Origin: Micromonas pusilla
Taxonomy: Eukaryota
Length of the DNA stretch: 32,000 nucleotides
Direction: 5' to 3'
Assembly: GCA_000151265.1 (NCBI GenBank)
Contig: GG663750.1
Coordinates: forward strand, 124,195-156,194
Positions 1 to 8,401 of the stretch are shown piece after piece. Every line of letters starts with the position of its first letter. The first letter of the stretch is position 1. The notes under the pieces are model-generated. The model did no database searches and had not been told where the DNA came from. It saw only the letters and a list, made by a program, of their open reading frames with translations. The position numbers and the translations under genes were made by a program.

Positions 1-131
1 TATGTCGAGCGTCAACACGCGCGCTTTGACGATGTAGACGTCCGACGCCGTGGAGGCGCCCTCGAGATCGCGCGACGCGATCTTACACAGGACGAGGAGG
101 ACGAGGAGGGCGTCGCTGACGCGCGCGTGAC

Positions 132-173
<42 letters not shown>

Positions 174-951
174 ATTCGGATCCTTTCTCCGCCGCCGCCG
201 CCGGCGTCGGATCGAAGTGCGCCTCCGCGCGCTCGAACACGACGTTGATCAGCCGCGTCAGCGACGCCTTCGCCGCGCACTGGTCCGCGTCGCCCCCCGC
301 CGCGGCGACCGCGACGTGCACGAGCGCGCGCGTCGCCGTCGCCAACGCGTCGCCGCGGAGATGCAACACGTCCGACGTCGCCGTCGACGTCAACGCTCTC
401 ACGCACGCGCGCTGCGTGCTCGCCGCGCCGCCCTCCGCGCACTTCGCGACCGCGGCGACGAGCTCGCTCACCGCCGCCTCCCTCGCGCTCGGCGACGCCG
501 CGTCCTCCTCCGCCGCGTCCTCCGCGTCGCCGCGCGCGTCGAGCGCCTTGGCCCACCGGACGCTCGCGCCGCGCAGGTCGCCGCTCGCCGCGATCGCGTC
601 GAGCGCGTCCAGCGCCGGCTCGCTCGCCGCCTTCGCACCGCATCCGCACGCGAGCCGCGTCACCTCGATCGCGGCGTCCACGAGCGCGTCGTCCGTCGCG
701 ACGACGCTCCCGAGCGCGCTCTCCGCGGCGGCGAGGGCGATGAAGTGGCGGCACGCCTCCTTGAGCGGATCCTTCTTCGCGATGGATGCGAACGTCCACG
801 GCGCCTCGCGGAGGCATCGATCGATCAGCGGCGGGAGGACGTCTCGCAGCGCGGAGGCGGGCGCGGGCGGCGGCGCGGGCGGCGGCGGCGCGGGTGGTGG
901 GGGCGGCGAGGGCGGCGGCGGTGACGCCGGTGGCGGCGATGGCGCCGTCAT
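1..951 (-). CDS. BIG/GBF-type ARF-GEF (Sec7 family), N-terminal DCB-like region; 5' part of a gene that runs off the left edge
   Basis: Absent from the ORF track because no stop lies in the window. ATG at 951-949, then 317 open codons to nt 1 with G/C at almost every third position. MTAPSPPPASPPPP..ALRDVLPPLIDRCLREAPWTF..EPALDALDAIAASGDLRG..DQCAAKASLTRLINVVFERAE..DALLVLLVLCKIASRDLEG follows the motif order of BIG-type DCB domains. The listed Arg-rich ORF 83..1939 is the wrong frame. Confidence 0.6.
132..173. repeat. (GCG/GGC)n followed by (GAC)4 trinucleotide repeat
   Basis: Encodes SSSSS-PPPPPPPP on the minus strand inside the ARF-GEF gene. Confidence 0.85.
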
Positions 952-1123
952 CGCCCGCCTGCCCGCCTCGCGCGGACGAGATCTGACGGGCGTCGGCGGT
1001 CGAGCCGAGCCTCGGACGGTTCAAACCGAAGTCGGCTTTTTCCAGGCTTTTTGCCTTCCACGTCAGTCGTCGTAGCTTTTCGAGGTCACTACCGCCGACG
1101 CGCCGCGTCCCCGCACGACGATC
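952..1123. promoter_or_regulatory. Short divergent intergenic region, putative bidirectional promoter
   Basis: 172 bp between the divergent start codons at 951 (minus) and 1124 (plus). Contains CCACGTCA at 1058-1065, the same octamer that recurs in one intron family in this window. Confidence 0.3.
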
Positions 1124-1831
1124 ATGGTGAAGAAGGGACAGAAGGGACCTGGCAAGCCCTTCCTCGAGTGGTGCGCGGAGAACGGGGAGCGCGGCGAGAG
1201 GCTCGCCAACGAGTTCCGCGAGGAGCTGCCGACGGAGCTGACGAAAGGGTCGAAGTACGAGGCGAAGTGGAAGTGTTTGAAGTGCAAGCACGTGTGGCGG
1301 GCGAAGATGTTCAGCCGCACGAAGAGCGACAAACCCTGCGGGTGTCCGAAGTGCGCGAATCGCATGCCGGCGAGCAAGACGAGCAACTTCCTCGTGTGGT
1401 GCGAGAAGAACGGCGAGCTCGGGAAGAAGTTGTCGCGCGAGTACGTCGATAAGGACAAGCCACCGACGGCGGTGACGAAAGGGTCGGACTACAAGGCGCT
1501 GTGGAAGTGCAGCAACGTCGAGTGCAAGCACGTGTGGCGGGCGAAGATGTTGAACCGCACGACGAGCAACAAACCCCGTGGGTGTCCGAAGTGCGCGAAT
1601 CGCATACCGCTGAGCAAGACGAACAACTTCCTCACGTGGTGCGAGAAGAACGGCGAGCTCGGGAAGAAGTTGTCGCGCGAGTACGTCGATAAGGACAAGC
1701 CGCCGACGGCGGTGACGAAAGGGTCGAACTACAAGGCGCTGTGGAAGTGTGAGGAGTGCGCTCACGAGTGGCGGGCGAAGATGTTCCACCGTACGAACAG
1801 CGACAGACTCACCGGGTGTCCGAAGTGCTGA
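1124..1831 (+). CDS. Intronless protein made of three tandem treble-clef/zinc-ribbon repeats (resembles the 'probable zinc-ribbon' DUF4379 type)
   Basis: ATG-to-TGA ORF of 235 aa. Three ~80-aa units each carry W(K/C)C..C.H.WRAKM..RT......GCPKC and FL.WC.(E/K)NGE.G..L..E(F/Y). No introner sequence. Confidence 0.75.
   Translation: MVKKGQKGPGKPFLEWCAENGERGERLANEFREELPTELTKGSKYEAKWKCLKCKHVWRAKMFSRTKSDKPCGCPKCANRMPASKTSNFLVWCEKNGELGKKLSREYVDKDKPPTAVTKGSDYKALWKCSNVECKHVWRAKMLNRTTSNKPRGCPKCANRIPLSKTNNFLTWCEKNGELGKKLSREYVDKDKPPTAVTKGSNYKALWKCEECAHEWRAKMFHRTNSDRLTGCPKC
1270..1831 (+). repeat. Tandem 240-bp coding repeat (about 2.3 near-identical units)
   Basis: 1372-1508 matches 1612-1748 and 1281-1370 matches 1521-1610 at an exact 240-nt offset with only a few mismatches. 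An earlier unit (about 1150-1270) is more diverged. Confidence 0.85.
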
Positions 1832-2003
1832 GGCCGACCGCCTGGAAAGCGTAAGCGCGTCGACTGACACGACGACGGCGCTCGCGAAAGAGAAAAGAGA
1901 ACCTCGAACGAACGATGCGATACACGCATAGTCATACATACACGCCTACGGCTAAAATACGACGCATCATACATCAATCATAATCACGACGACGCGCGTC
2001 GCG

Positions 2004-4735
2004 TCATAACACGCCCGCGACCTTATCGTCCTCCTCCCTCGACCCCCCGCCCCGCCGCTCCCGCATCGTCCGCTCCACCTCGTCCCTGAAGTCGTGCACG
2101 GTGACAAACGCGGGCAGCCGCTTCTCGTCCCCGGTGACGTGTTGCTCCGAGGACGCGTCCAGGTCGATCTGGTACACGACGTTTTGCTGCGATTCGATGT
2201 GACGTGGTGGGTCGTGATTGGTCAGGGGGGGTTGGTCAGGGATTTGGTGACGTGGTGGAACGTGTGGTCGACGGAAAGAGACGCGAGAGAAAAAAAAACA
2301 CCCGCTCGCACCTGAATTTGCGTCTCCATCCCGGGCGCCTTCTCTCTGTCCACGCCCGTGAGGTACGCGAAGATGCACCGCAAGATCGCCTGGTGCGACA
2401 CGATCAGAAGCGGCTCGTTGTAGCTCTCCATCTCCTGAATGCACGGCTCCAGGCGCGAGATGAGGTCAAAGTACGACTCCCCCCGCGGGTACCTATACGA
2501 GCGAACGTCGGGGTGGAGTTGAAAGGCGTCAGTCGGAGTTGAAAGGCGCCGAGGGCGGGGATTGAAACCGAGGGGTGAGCGGAGAGATGCGCCGGGAAAA
2601 GTCCTTCAGGATCGGCGTTCACCACGCCGACGCGGTCGTATGGGGACCAGTGTACAGAACACACCTATACCCGATCTTATCCATCTTCCTCAAGTAGGAC
2701 GCCTGCGGGTGCGTCGCCGCGACCTCCTCCGGGGTCAACCCCTCGCAGTCCCCGGCGAAGATCTCGTCGATGTTTCGATAGATCCGCGGGGCCATGCTCT
2801 CCCACGGCGCCCCGTTCGGCGGCGTCAGCGTCGGATGCGGGATCAGCGACGCCGTCTGAATCGTTCGAAGCATCGACGACGTCCACAGCCTCGCCGCGAT
2901 CGACGCGCCATCCGGATCCCCCTCCGCGCGCTCCTCCCACCCCGCGGCGCCGTCCAGGCCGTCCACGTCGCGCAGGTTCGATATGTGCCTCGCGGCGAAC
3001 TTGGCGAGGATCTCCGCGAAGACCCACCCGCGCTCGGTGATGGGCGAGTTCCCTCCCAGTCGCCCCGTCGTGTTGTACTCGCTTTCGCCGTGCCGGCACA
3101 GATAAATCGTGTGCTTCGTCGGGTGCGTCGCGGTGAGGAACTGCACGATCCGCTGCGGGAGGTACGCGCGCATGTTATTCGTCAGCACCTTCTCGCCGTA
3201 GTTTATGAGCTTGATGTACGACAGGTCGTCCTCGCTGCCGTCGTTCTGGAGCGTGACGTAGAGCTTCTTGAACTCGAGCACTTTCTCGCGCCACGCCGCC
3301 GCCGCCGCCTCGACGGCGCCGTCCGCGCCGCCGTTTATTCTTCCCTCGCGCACGTCCCGCGCGAGCTTCTGCGCTAAGATTTCGTTCACCAGGCTCTCCT
3401 TCGTGAGCGTCACCTCGATGAATATGGTCTTCACGCGCGTCTTCGTCTTCGACGTCGCGGAGAGCGACGCGAGCCTGCGTGGGTGAAGCGATCGGTCAGT
3501 CGAACGTCTTACCGGTCAAACGTTGAAAGGGAAGCGCGGGTGAAGAGTGACGACGGGAAAAGTCCTTAAGGAACGGCGTTCACCACGCGAACGGGGTTTA
3601 GGGTAGTTATGAACGTCGGGGTGGAGTTGAAAGGCGTCGGTTGAAGTTGAAAGGCATCGCGGTGTGTTGTCGGGATTGAAACCGTGGTGTGGGCGGAGAG
3701 AAACGCACGCGGGCGGGCAAAGTCCTTAAGGAACGGCGTTCACCGCGCCAACGCGGTCGTACGGGGACCAGTGTGATGAGACAGAACGCGCCTCGCCGTC
3801 GGAGCTCTTCCGCTGGCTCGGCGAGCTGTTCTCGTCCGTGGACTCCAAGAAGCTTCGGAGCTTCTCGAAGAACTCGACCGAGTGCGCGTTGGAGTCGGGC
3901 GGCGTCGGCGACGTCGCGCGGTCGGGGTTCATCGTCCCGACCAGCCCGCCGATCTTCGCGATGTCGAACGCTCTGACGTGGCACGTGAGTTGATGACGTG
4001 GATACGTGGCATTGGTTAGTTTCTTGGATTGATTCGCTTACGTGGAATAATGTGCGGTCGTGGGTCGTCGTCGCGACTTGAGGTCGCGGGTCGTCGACGC
4101 GACTCGCGGAATGGAAATCGCGCGCCGTGGAATCGCACCTGCAGCGCGCGCCGTGGAAGAACCGGAGGTACCGCTTTAAACGCAGGGCTATCGTGCGTTT
4201 TCCAACCAGCGGGAGCCCGAGGAAGATGAGGACGTGGCGTTCGCCGATGTTCCCGGCGAGCGCGCCGATGGGCGGCGGGACTGCGACGGCGGGAGAGGCG
4301 GGGCGGGTCGGAGGGAAGGGGATTCATCAGAATCGAAAGAAGCCGCGTCGGAGAGGGCGCGAGCGGATAGAACACGCAGTAAAAGCGAGATGACGCGACG
4401 ACGCGATGGGGCGCGCGCGCGCACCCGTCGTCGGCGTCGGGTTCAGCTTCGTCGCCGCGAGGAGGTCCTCCTGCGACCGGACGTACATGAACTGCGCGCG
4501 GAGGTGGGCGGGGACGCGAGGACGAGGGATCGTCAGCCGAGGAAGGAGGACGCCGAGACGTCGCGAATCGAAGAAGATGGAGACGGCAGGGAGCCGCGCG
4601 AGAGGAGGAAAAAGTGCCTTTCGTCGCGCGAGCGGATCGGACGCGCGCGGGCGCGGGACGCGCCTCCGCGTCCATGGACCGCCGCAGATCGACGGAGTCC
4701 CTCGCCGTGGGGGTGTCCATGACGTCGTCGATCAT
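2004..4735 (-). CDS. 6-phosphofructo-2-kinase/fructose-2,6-bisphosphatase-like protein, 7 exons
   Basis: Exons (minus): 4664-4735, 4374-4491, 4139-4280, 3792(or 3790)-3972, 2665-3474, 2312-2492, 2004-2186. Motifs: VLIFLGLPLVGKRTIALRLKRYL (P-loop region), IYLCRHGESEYN (His-phosphatase RHG), YRYPRGESYFDLISRLEPCIQEME, LIVSHQAILRCIFAY. The three 5' exons and the start are tentative. The junction at 3475-3791 has a frame problem (see findings). Confidence 0.75.
2187..2311 (-). mobile_element. Repeat-family intron, ACGT/CCAAT-box type
   Basis: 125-nt intron, GTGCGA..CGCAG, phase 0. Carries CCACCACGTCACC, CTGACCAATCACGACCC and CCACCACGTCAC in the same order as 3973-4138 and the 3' half of 5529-5727. 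Confidence 0.6.
2493..2664 (-). mobile_element. Introner element, IE1-type, 3'-truncated
   Basis: 172-nt intron. Donor TATAG|GTGTGTTCTGTACACTGGTCCCCATACGACCGCG, core GTGAACGCCGATCCTGAAGGAC, and the tail stops at CGCTCGTATAG. Removal joins ..KMDKIGYR|YPRGESYFDL.. (conserved FBPase-2 motif). Confidence 0.9.
3475..3606 (-). mobile_element. Introner element, type-2-like copy lacking a splice donor, fused downstream of an IE1 copy
   Basis: CCGTTCGCGTGGTGAACGCCGTTCCTTAAGGACTTTTCCCG..CGCGCTTCCCTTTCAACGTTTGACCGGTAAGACGTTCGACTGACCGATCG..CACGCAG aligns with the element at 16684-16834. Its 5' GTGAGACTG head is degenerate (GTTCATAAC). Confidence 0.7.
3607..3791 (-). mobile_element. Introner element, IE1-type, lacking its own 3' tail (5' part of a composite intron)
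   Basis: GAG|GCGCGTTCTGTCTCATCACACTGGTCCCCGTACGACCGCGTTGGCGCGGTGAACGCCGTTCCTTAAGGAC..CAACTCCACCCCGAC, then it runs directly into the next element with no AG. Confidence 0.85.
3973..4138 (-). mobile_element. Repeat-family intron, ACGT/CCAAT-box type
   Basis: 166-nt intron, TGCAG|GTGCGA..CCACGTCAG|A. Contains TCCACGTAAGCGAATCAATCC, CTAACCAATGCCACGTATCCACGTCATC and CACGTGCCACGTCAG. Removal joins GARCR|AFDIAKIG in frame. Confidence 0.65.
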
Positions 4736-4980
4736 CACGGACGCGATCAGCCGCGGCGCCGCGCGAGGAGTGCCGCCGTTGGGGAGGGCGCGCGCGTCTT
4801 CGGAGTGCGTTCGACCTCGAGAGAAGAAAGATCCGGCTCGCGTCGCGTCGCGTCGACACGACCGCGACAGGACACTCGCGTCGCGGGCAGCGGCACTGCC
4901 ACTTGTCGATAAGAACAGTCTAAGCGCCGGTCGCGACCGTCGTCGCGCACTCCCCCCGCGCTCCCGCCGCCGCGCTCGTC

Positions 4981-5332
4981 ATGCCCCCGCACGCGACGTG
5001 GCGCGTCTCGATCGCGCCACCGGTATCGCGCGTCGGCCGCCGCGCGTCGACGTCGACGCGACGCGCGGCCGCCGCCGACGTCGGCGCGCGACGCGTCTCG
5101 TCGTCGCGTCGCCTTCGCGACGATCGACGCGGCGTCGCGATCGTAGCCGCCGCGTCTCCTCCGCGCGACGACGACGACGACGACGACTCGATCGAGGCCC
5201 GCGACGATCTCCGCCGGCGACGCGTCGCCGCCGCACTCGCGTGCGCCGCCGCGGTCGTCGTCGTCGCGCCGCCCGGATCCGTCGACGTCGTCCTCGGCGC
5301 GTCGTCGTCGTCGCTTTCGATTTCGATTTCGA

Positions 5333-5368
<36 letters not shown>

Positions 5369-6212
5369 TCGCCGCGCTCGTCGCGCCGCCGCCCGCGTCC
5401 GCGCTCGAGCTCGACCCGTGGAAGGAAGGCCGCGCGAGGAAAGCGCAGGCGCGCGCGATGGCGAGCGCGATGGTGGACGAGCGCGCGAAGAAGGAGGCGG
5501 AGGCTCGCGAGGAGCGCGAGCGCCTCAGGCGCGTCCCGTCTCGTTCTATCCCACACTGGTCCCCATACGACCGCGTTCGCGTCGTGAACGCCGTTCCTTA
5601 AGGAGGACTGGACTTTCTCTCTCGGCGCCATCTCCGTCGCTCTCTGTCGTCCAACGAAACGTCCACGTCATCATAATCCTAACCAATCACAACCCTTCCC
5701 GCCACGTCACCCGCCACGTCGACGCAGCACGGCGTACTACGCCAAAGCCGGCGCGGCGCGACGCGCGAGGTTCGCCGCGGAGAGGGACGGCGGGTACGCC
5801 CCCGCGGAGATCGACCGCATCGCGGAGGAGGCGGGACAGAGGGCGTTCGAGCAGACGGTGAACGCGCTCGACGCGGAGGCGGCGGAGCTCGAAGCGTACG
5901 AGGCGAGACAGGCGCGTGCGCCGCGCCGTCCGTCCGGAGGCGACGACGTTTGGTTTCGCTTTTGTTTTTTCACCCCGCGTCCCTTTCGAGCTCGACCGCG
6001 ACGCCGATCGACCGATCGACTGACCGATTTAAAAAATTCCTTTCAAAACGCCACAGGACGCGTTGCGGAGGACGGCGGAGGAACGAAACGCGGAGGCGCT
6101 CGCCGCCGCGGCCGCGGTCAAGGCGGAGGAGGCGGAGGAGGTCGCGCTCGCGGGCGAGTGCGCGGACGCGAACTCGCCGTTGATTCGACCGGGGAGCATC
6201 GTCTGCACGTGA
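4981..6212 (+). CDS. Hypothetical protein (basic N-terminus, poly-Asp/poly-Ser tracts, charged coiled-coil-like C-terminal half), 3 exons
   Basis: Exons 4981-5528, 5728-5911, 6057-6212. The frame was chosen by strong G/C third-position bias (..TAYYAKAGAARRARFAAERDGGYAPAEIDRIAEEAGQRAFEQTVNALDAEAAELEAYEARQ|DALRRTAEERNAEAL..). Both introns are introner-like with GCGCGT donors. No recognisable domain. Confidence 0.55.
5334..5367 (+). repeat. (GTC)11 microsatellite encoding poly-Ser
   Basis: Uninterrupted GTC/TCG run inside exon 1 of the 4981-6212 gene (..SSSSSSSSSSS..). Confidence 0.9.
5529..5727 (+). mobile_element. Chimeric introner: IE1 head and core joined to an ACGT/CCAAT-type tail
   Basis: CTCAG|GCGCGTCCCGTCTCGTTCTATCCCACACTGGTCCCCATACGACCGCGTTCGCGTCGTGAACGCCGTTCCTTAAGGAGGAC.., then ..GTCCACGTCATCATAATCCTAACCAATCACAACCC..CCACGTCACCCGCCACGTCGACGCAG. 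199 nt. Confidence 0.8.
5912..6056 (+). mobile_element. Introner-like intron related to the B-type (TTTTTCACCC) family
   Basis: CAG|GCGCGTGCG..GTTTGGTTTCGCTTTTGTTTTTTCACCCCGCGTCCCTTTCGAGC..GATCGACTGACCGATTT..CCACAG. Resembles 29244-29355. 145 nt. Confidence 0.5.
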
Positions 6213-6278
6213 GCGCGAGTCGACGCGCGAGAGACGTACGCGTGCTTTGTGAGAGCGCGACGATGCTTTTTCAAAAAA

Positions 6279-6349
6279 GTTCATCGGTCCGTTGAAAGGC
6301 GATGCGATCAAATGTTGAAACCGAGCGGTGGGTGAAAAACGCACCTCAG
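6279..6349 (-). mobile_element. B-type introner copy in an intergenic position, antisense to both neighbouring genes
   Basis: Minus strand reads CTGAG|GTGCGTTTTTCACCCACCGCTCGGTTTCAACATTTGATCGCATCGCCTTTCAACGGACCGATGAAC, nearly identical to the core of the intron at 10281-10396. Lies between the stop at 6212 and the ATG at 6394, both on the plus strand. Confidence 0.75.
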
Positions 6350-6393
6350 TCGGCTCTGAAAAAACGGCCGTTTCTCGCGCGCGCGAACGAGTG

Positions 6394-7883
6394 ATGAAAT
6401 GCACCGCGCTCGTCTCGACGTCAGTCCCCATGCGCGCGAGCGTTCCAGGGAGCGCATCGTGTCGCGGGATGTCCCTCGCGCGCGCGTTTCGAACGCGCTC
6501 CGCGACGAGTCTGGTGCGCGAATCACCCTCTCGCGCGCGCTCGTTCCTCGCTCCCCTCCCCGCGCGCGCGTCCCTCCGCTACTCCGCCCTCGAGAAAGAA
6601 ATGAAATGCCCACCTCTCGCCGCGCGGGGGCGCGCGATCTCGCGCTGACGCCCTCCCCCACCGCGCGCTGCGCTCCCATCGCGACAGGCCCGCGCCGCCG
6701 CGCACCGCGCGTCGTCGTCGTCGTTCCACAGCCAGCAGCAGCAGCGGCAGCAGCAGCAGCGGCAGCCGCGGCCGAGCGGGGGGGGCGCGCCGCCGACGCC
6801 GCAAACGCCGCCTCAGGCGCGTTCTATACACTGGTTCCCATACGACCGCGTTCGCGAGGTGAACGCCGTTCCTTAAGGACTTTCCCCGCCGCATCTCTCC
6901 GCCCACACCTCGCTTTCAATCCCCGCCCTCGACGCCTTTCAACTCCACCTGACGCCTTTCAACTCCACCCCGCCGACGCCGCAAACGCCGCAGGGCGCCG
7001 CGTCGCCCGGATTTGCCGCCAAGCCGTTCCAGGGCGTGCCTAACTTCTCCTCCGCGAGCGCGAACGCGCCGGCGTACCAGCAGCGCTTCGAACAGCGCGC
7101 GCAGCAGCAGCAGCAGCAGCAGTACGGCGGCGGCGGCGGCGGCGGCCAACAACAACAACAGCAACAGCAGCGTCCGCCGCCGCAACAGAAGCAACGCTAC
7201 GCGGCGGAGCGCGGCGGGGACGCCGGCGCGCCGAAGGTGTACTGCAACTTCGCGATTCACAAGTCGAAGACCGCGGTTCAGATGTCCGCGATCAAGCCGA
7301 CGTTCGAGCTCCTTCCGAACGGCAGCAAGCAGAAGAAACGCGACGGCGCGATGTTCCTCGAGTTCGCCCCCGTCGCGGCGGGCGCCGGGCAGAAGCAATA
7401 CGACTGGAGCAGGAAGCAGAGCATCTCGTTGTCGCCTCTGGAGTTCATGGAGTTATCGGAAGCGCTCGCGGCTAACCGCGGGGTGAACTTCTTCCACGAC
7501 CCGTGGATGGGGACGAGCCGTCAGGGCGAGACGACGAAGTCGCTGAAGGCGGAGCCGATGCCGGACGGCAGCGGGGGGATCTTCTTGAACTTGACCGTCG
7601 CGTCCGGGGGGGGGAGGGTCGAAAAGTTGAACATCGCGGTCTCGTTCCAGGAGTTTGCCGTCTTTCGAGAGGTGCGCGCGACCGCCCGCCTCTCTCGCGC
7701 TTTCGATTGAACGATTAGTTAATTTCGCGCGCCCTTCCCTTTCGTTTAATTAATTTTCGCCGCGATGCGATTCGTTCCGTTCCGACTGACCCGTCGCGAC
7801 TGACCGATCGCGTCTTCTCTCTCCAGCTCGCGAGATACTTGGTTCCGCGACTCACGGGGTTCTCGGAGCAGTTCGAGGGGTGA
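6394..7883 (+). CDS. Whirly-family single-stranded DNA-binding protein, 4 exons
   Basis: Exons 6394-6513, 6688-6816, 6994-7671, 7827-7883. Core: KVYCNFAIHKSKTAVQMSAIKPTFE..GAMFLEFAPVAAGAGQKQYDWSRKQSISLSPLEFMEL..VNFFHDPWMG..KSLKAEPMPDGSGGIFLNLTV..VSFQEFAVFRE|LARYLVPRLTGF. Transit-peptide-like exon 1 and Q-rich exon 2 are tentative. Confidence 0.8.
6817..6993 (+). mobile_element. Introner element, IE1-type, 3'-truncated and flanked by a 22-nt direct repeat
   Basis: CCTCAG|GCGCGTTCTATACACTGGTTCCCATACGACCGCGTTCGCGAGGTGAACGCCGTTCCTTAAGGAC..CAACTCCACCCC, then a copy of upstream exon sequence ending CGCAG|GGC. 177 nt, phase 0 to phase 0. Confidence 0.9.
7102..7170 (+). repeat. Compound coding trinucleotide repeat: (CAG)7, (GGC)7, (CAA/CAG)8
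   Basis: Encodes QQQQQQQYGGGGGGGQQQQQQQQ in the Whirly gene. A further (CAG/CGG) run lies at 6733-6770. Confidence 0.9.
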
Positions 7884-8167
7884 TGCCCGCCTGCCCCGGG
7901 GGGAGGAGTGAGTGGGGGGGCGAATGTATGATATGCGTAGAACGGGCGGGATGGGTACGTTGACGCGCGCGTCGGCGCGACGCGCGCGCTTGGACGAAAG
8001 AAGTGCATTGCAATATTGCGAAAGAAAAAAAAAAAAATCCAAAAAGTCGCCGGAGCCTCGCCTTGTCCCCGTTCATCGAGAAATCTCGTCCGCCGACGCG
8101 CGCGCGATGAACGCACGCGTTCCGCGGTAGACAGTCGCGCACGCGCGCACGTCGAATTCGCCCGCGC

Positions 8168-8177
8168 AAAAGCAAAA
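8168..8177 (-). terminator. Putative RNA polymerase III terminator (two T4 runs)
   Basis: The minus strand immediately 3' of the tRNA reads ACCTCTCTTTTGCTTTTGC. Confidence 0.5.
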
Positions 8178-8184
8178 GAGAGGT

Positions 8185-8255
8185 TGCATCGCCCGGGAAT
8201 CGAACCCGGGTCTGTACCGTGGCAGGGTACTATTCTACCACTAGACCAGCGATGC
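8185..8255 (-). tRNA. tRNA-Gly-GCC: tRNA-Gly, anticodon GCC
   Basis: Minus strand GCATCGCTGGTCTAGTGGTAGAATAGTACCCTGCCACGGTACAGACCCGGGTTCGATTCCCGGGCGATGCA. 7-bp acceptor stem GCATCGC/GCGATGC, anticodon stem-loop GTACC-CTGCCAC-GGTAC, A box TGGTCTAGTGG, B box GGTTCGATTCC, no encoded CCA. Confidence 0.95.
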
Positions 8256-8401
8256 TTCAGAGGTGCGTCTAGGCGTGTGATCGCCCGAACTCGCGGTTAG
8301 TGATTTTCGGATGACAAGACTGATTATTCAACAAATATAACCCCTACAGTTTCGGGACACGACACCGGTACAAAGATGGTATCGAAGACGCGCGAAAACT
8401 G

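Noticed and set aside
83-1939. 618-aa minus-strand ORF, the longest in this region of the track
   Set aside because: Arg/Ala/Gly-rich low-complexity translation with no third-position G/C bias. It spans two real genes on opposite strands (ARF-GEF 1-951 in another minus frame, zinc-ribbon 1124-1831 on plus). It is a wrong-frame artefact of high GC.
4614-5861. 415-aa plus ORF and the overlapping 294-aa minus ORF 4747-5631
   Set aside because: Poly-Arg translations. The codon-biased frame in this interval is the 4981-5528 exon of the plus-strand gene. These frames read straight through an introner.
5970-6431. 153-aa minus ORF that would host the antisense B-type introner at 6279-6349 in sense orientation
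   Set aside because: No codon bias and no recognisable motifs. It also overlaps the last exon of the plus-strand gene ending at 6212. It is therefore treated as non-coding, and the element is reported as intergenic.
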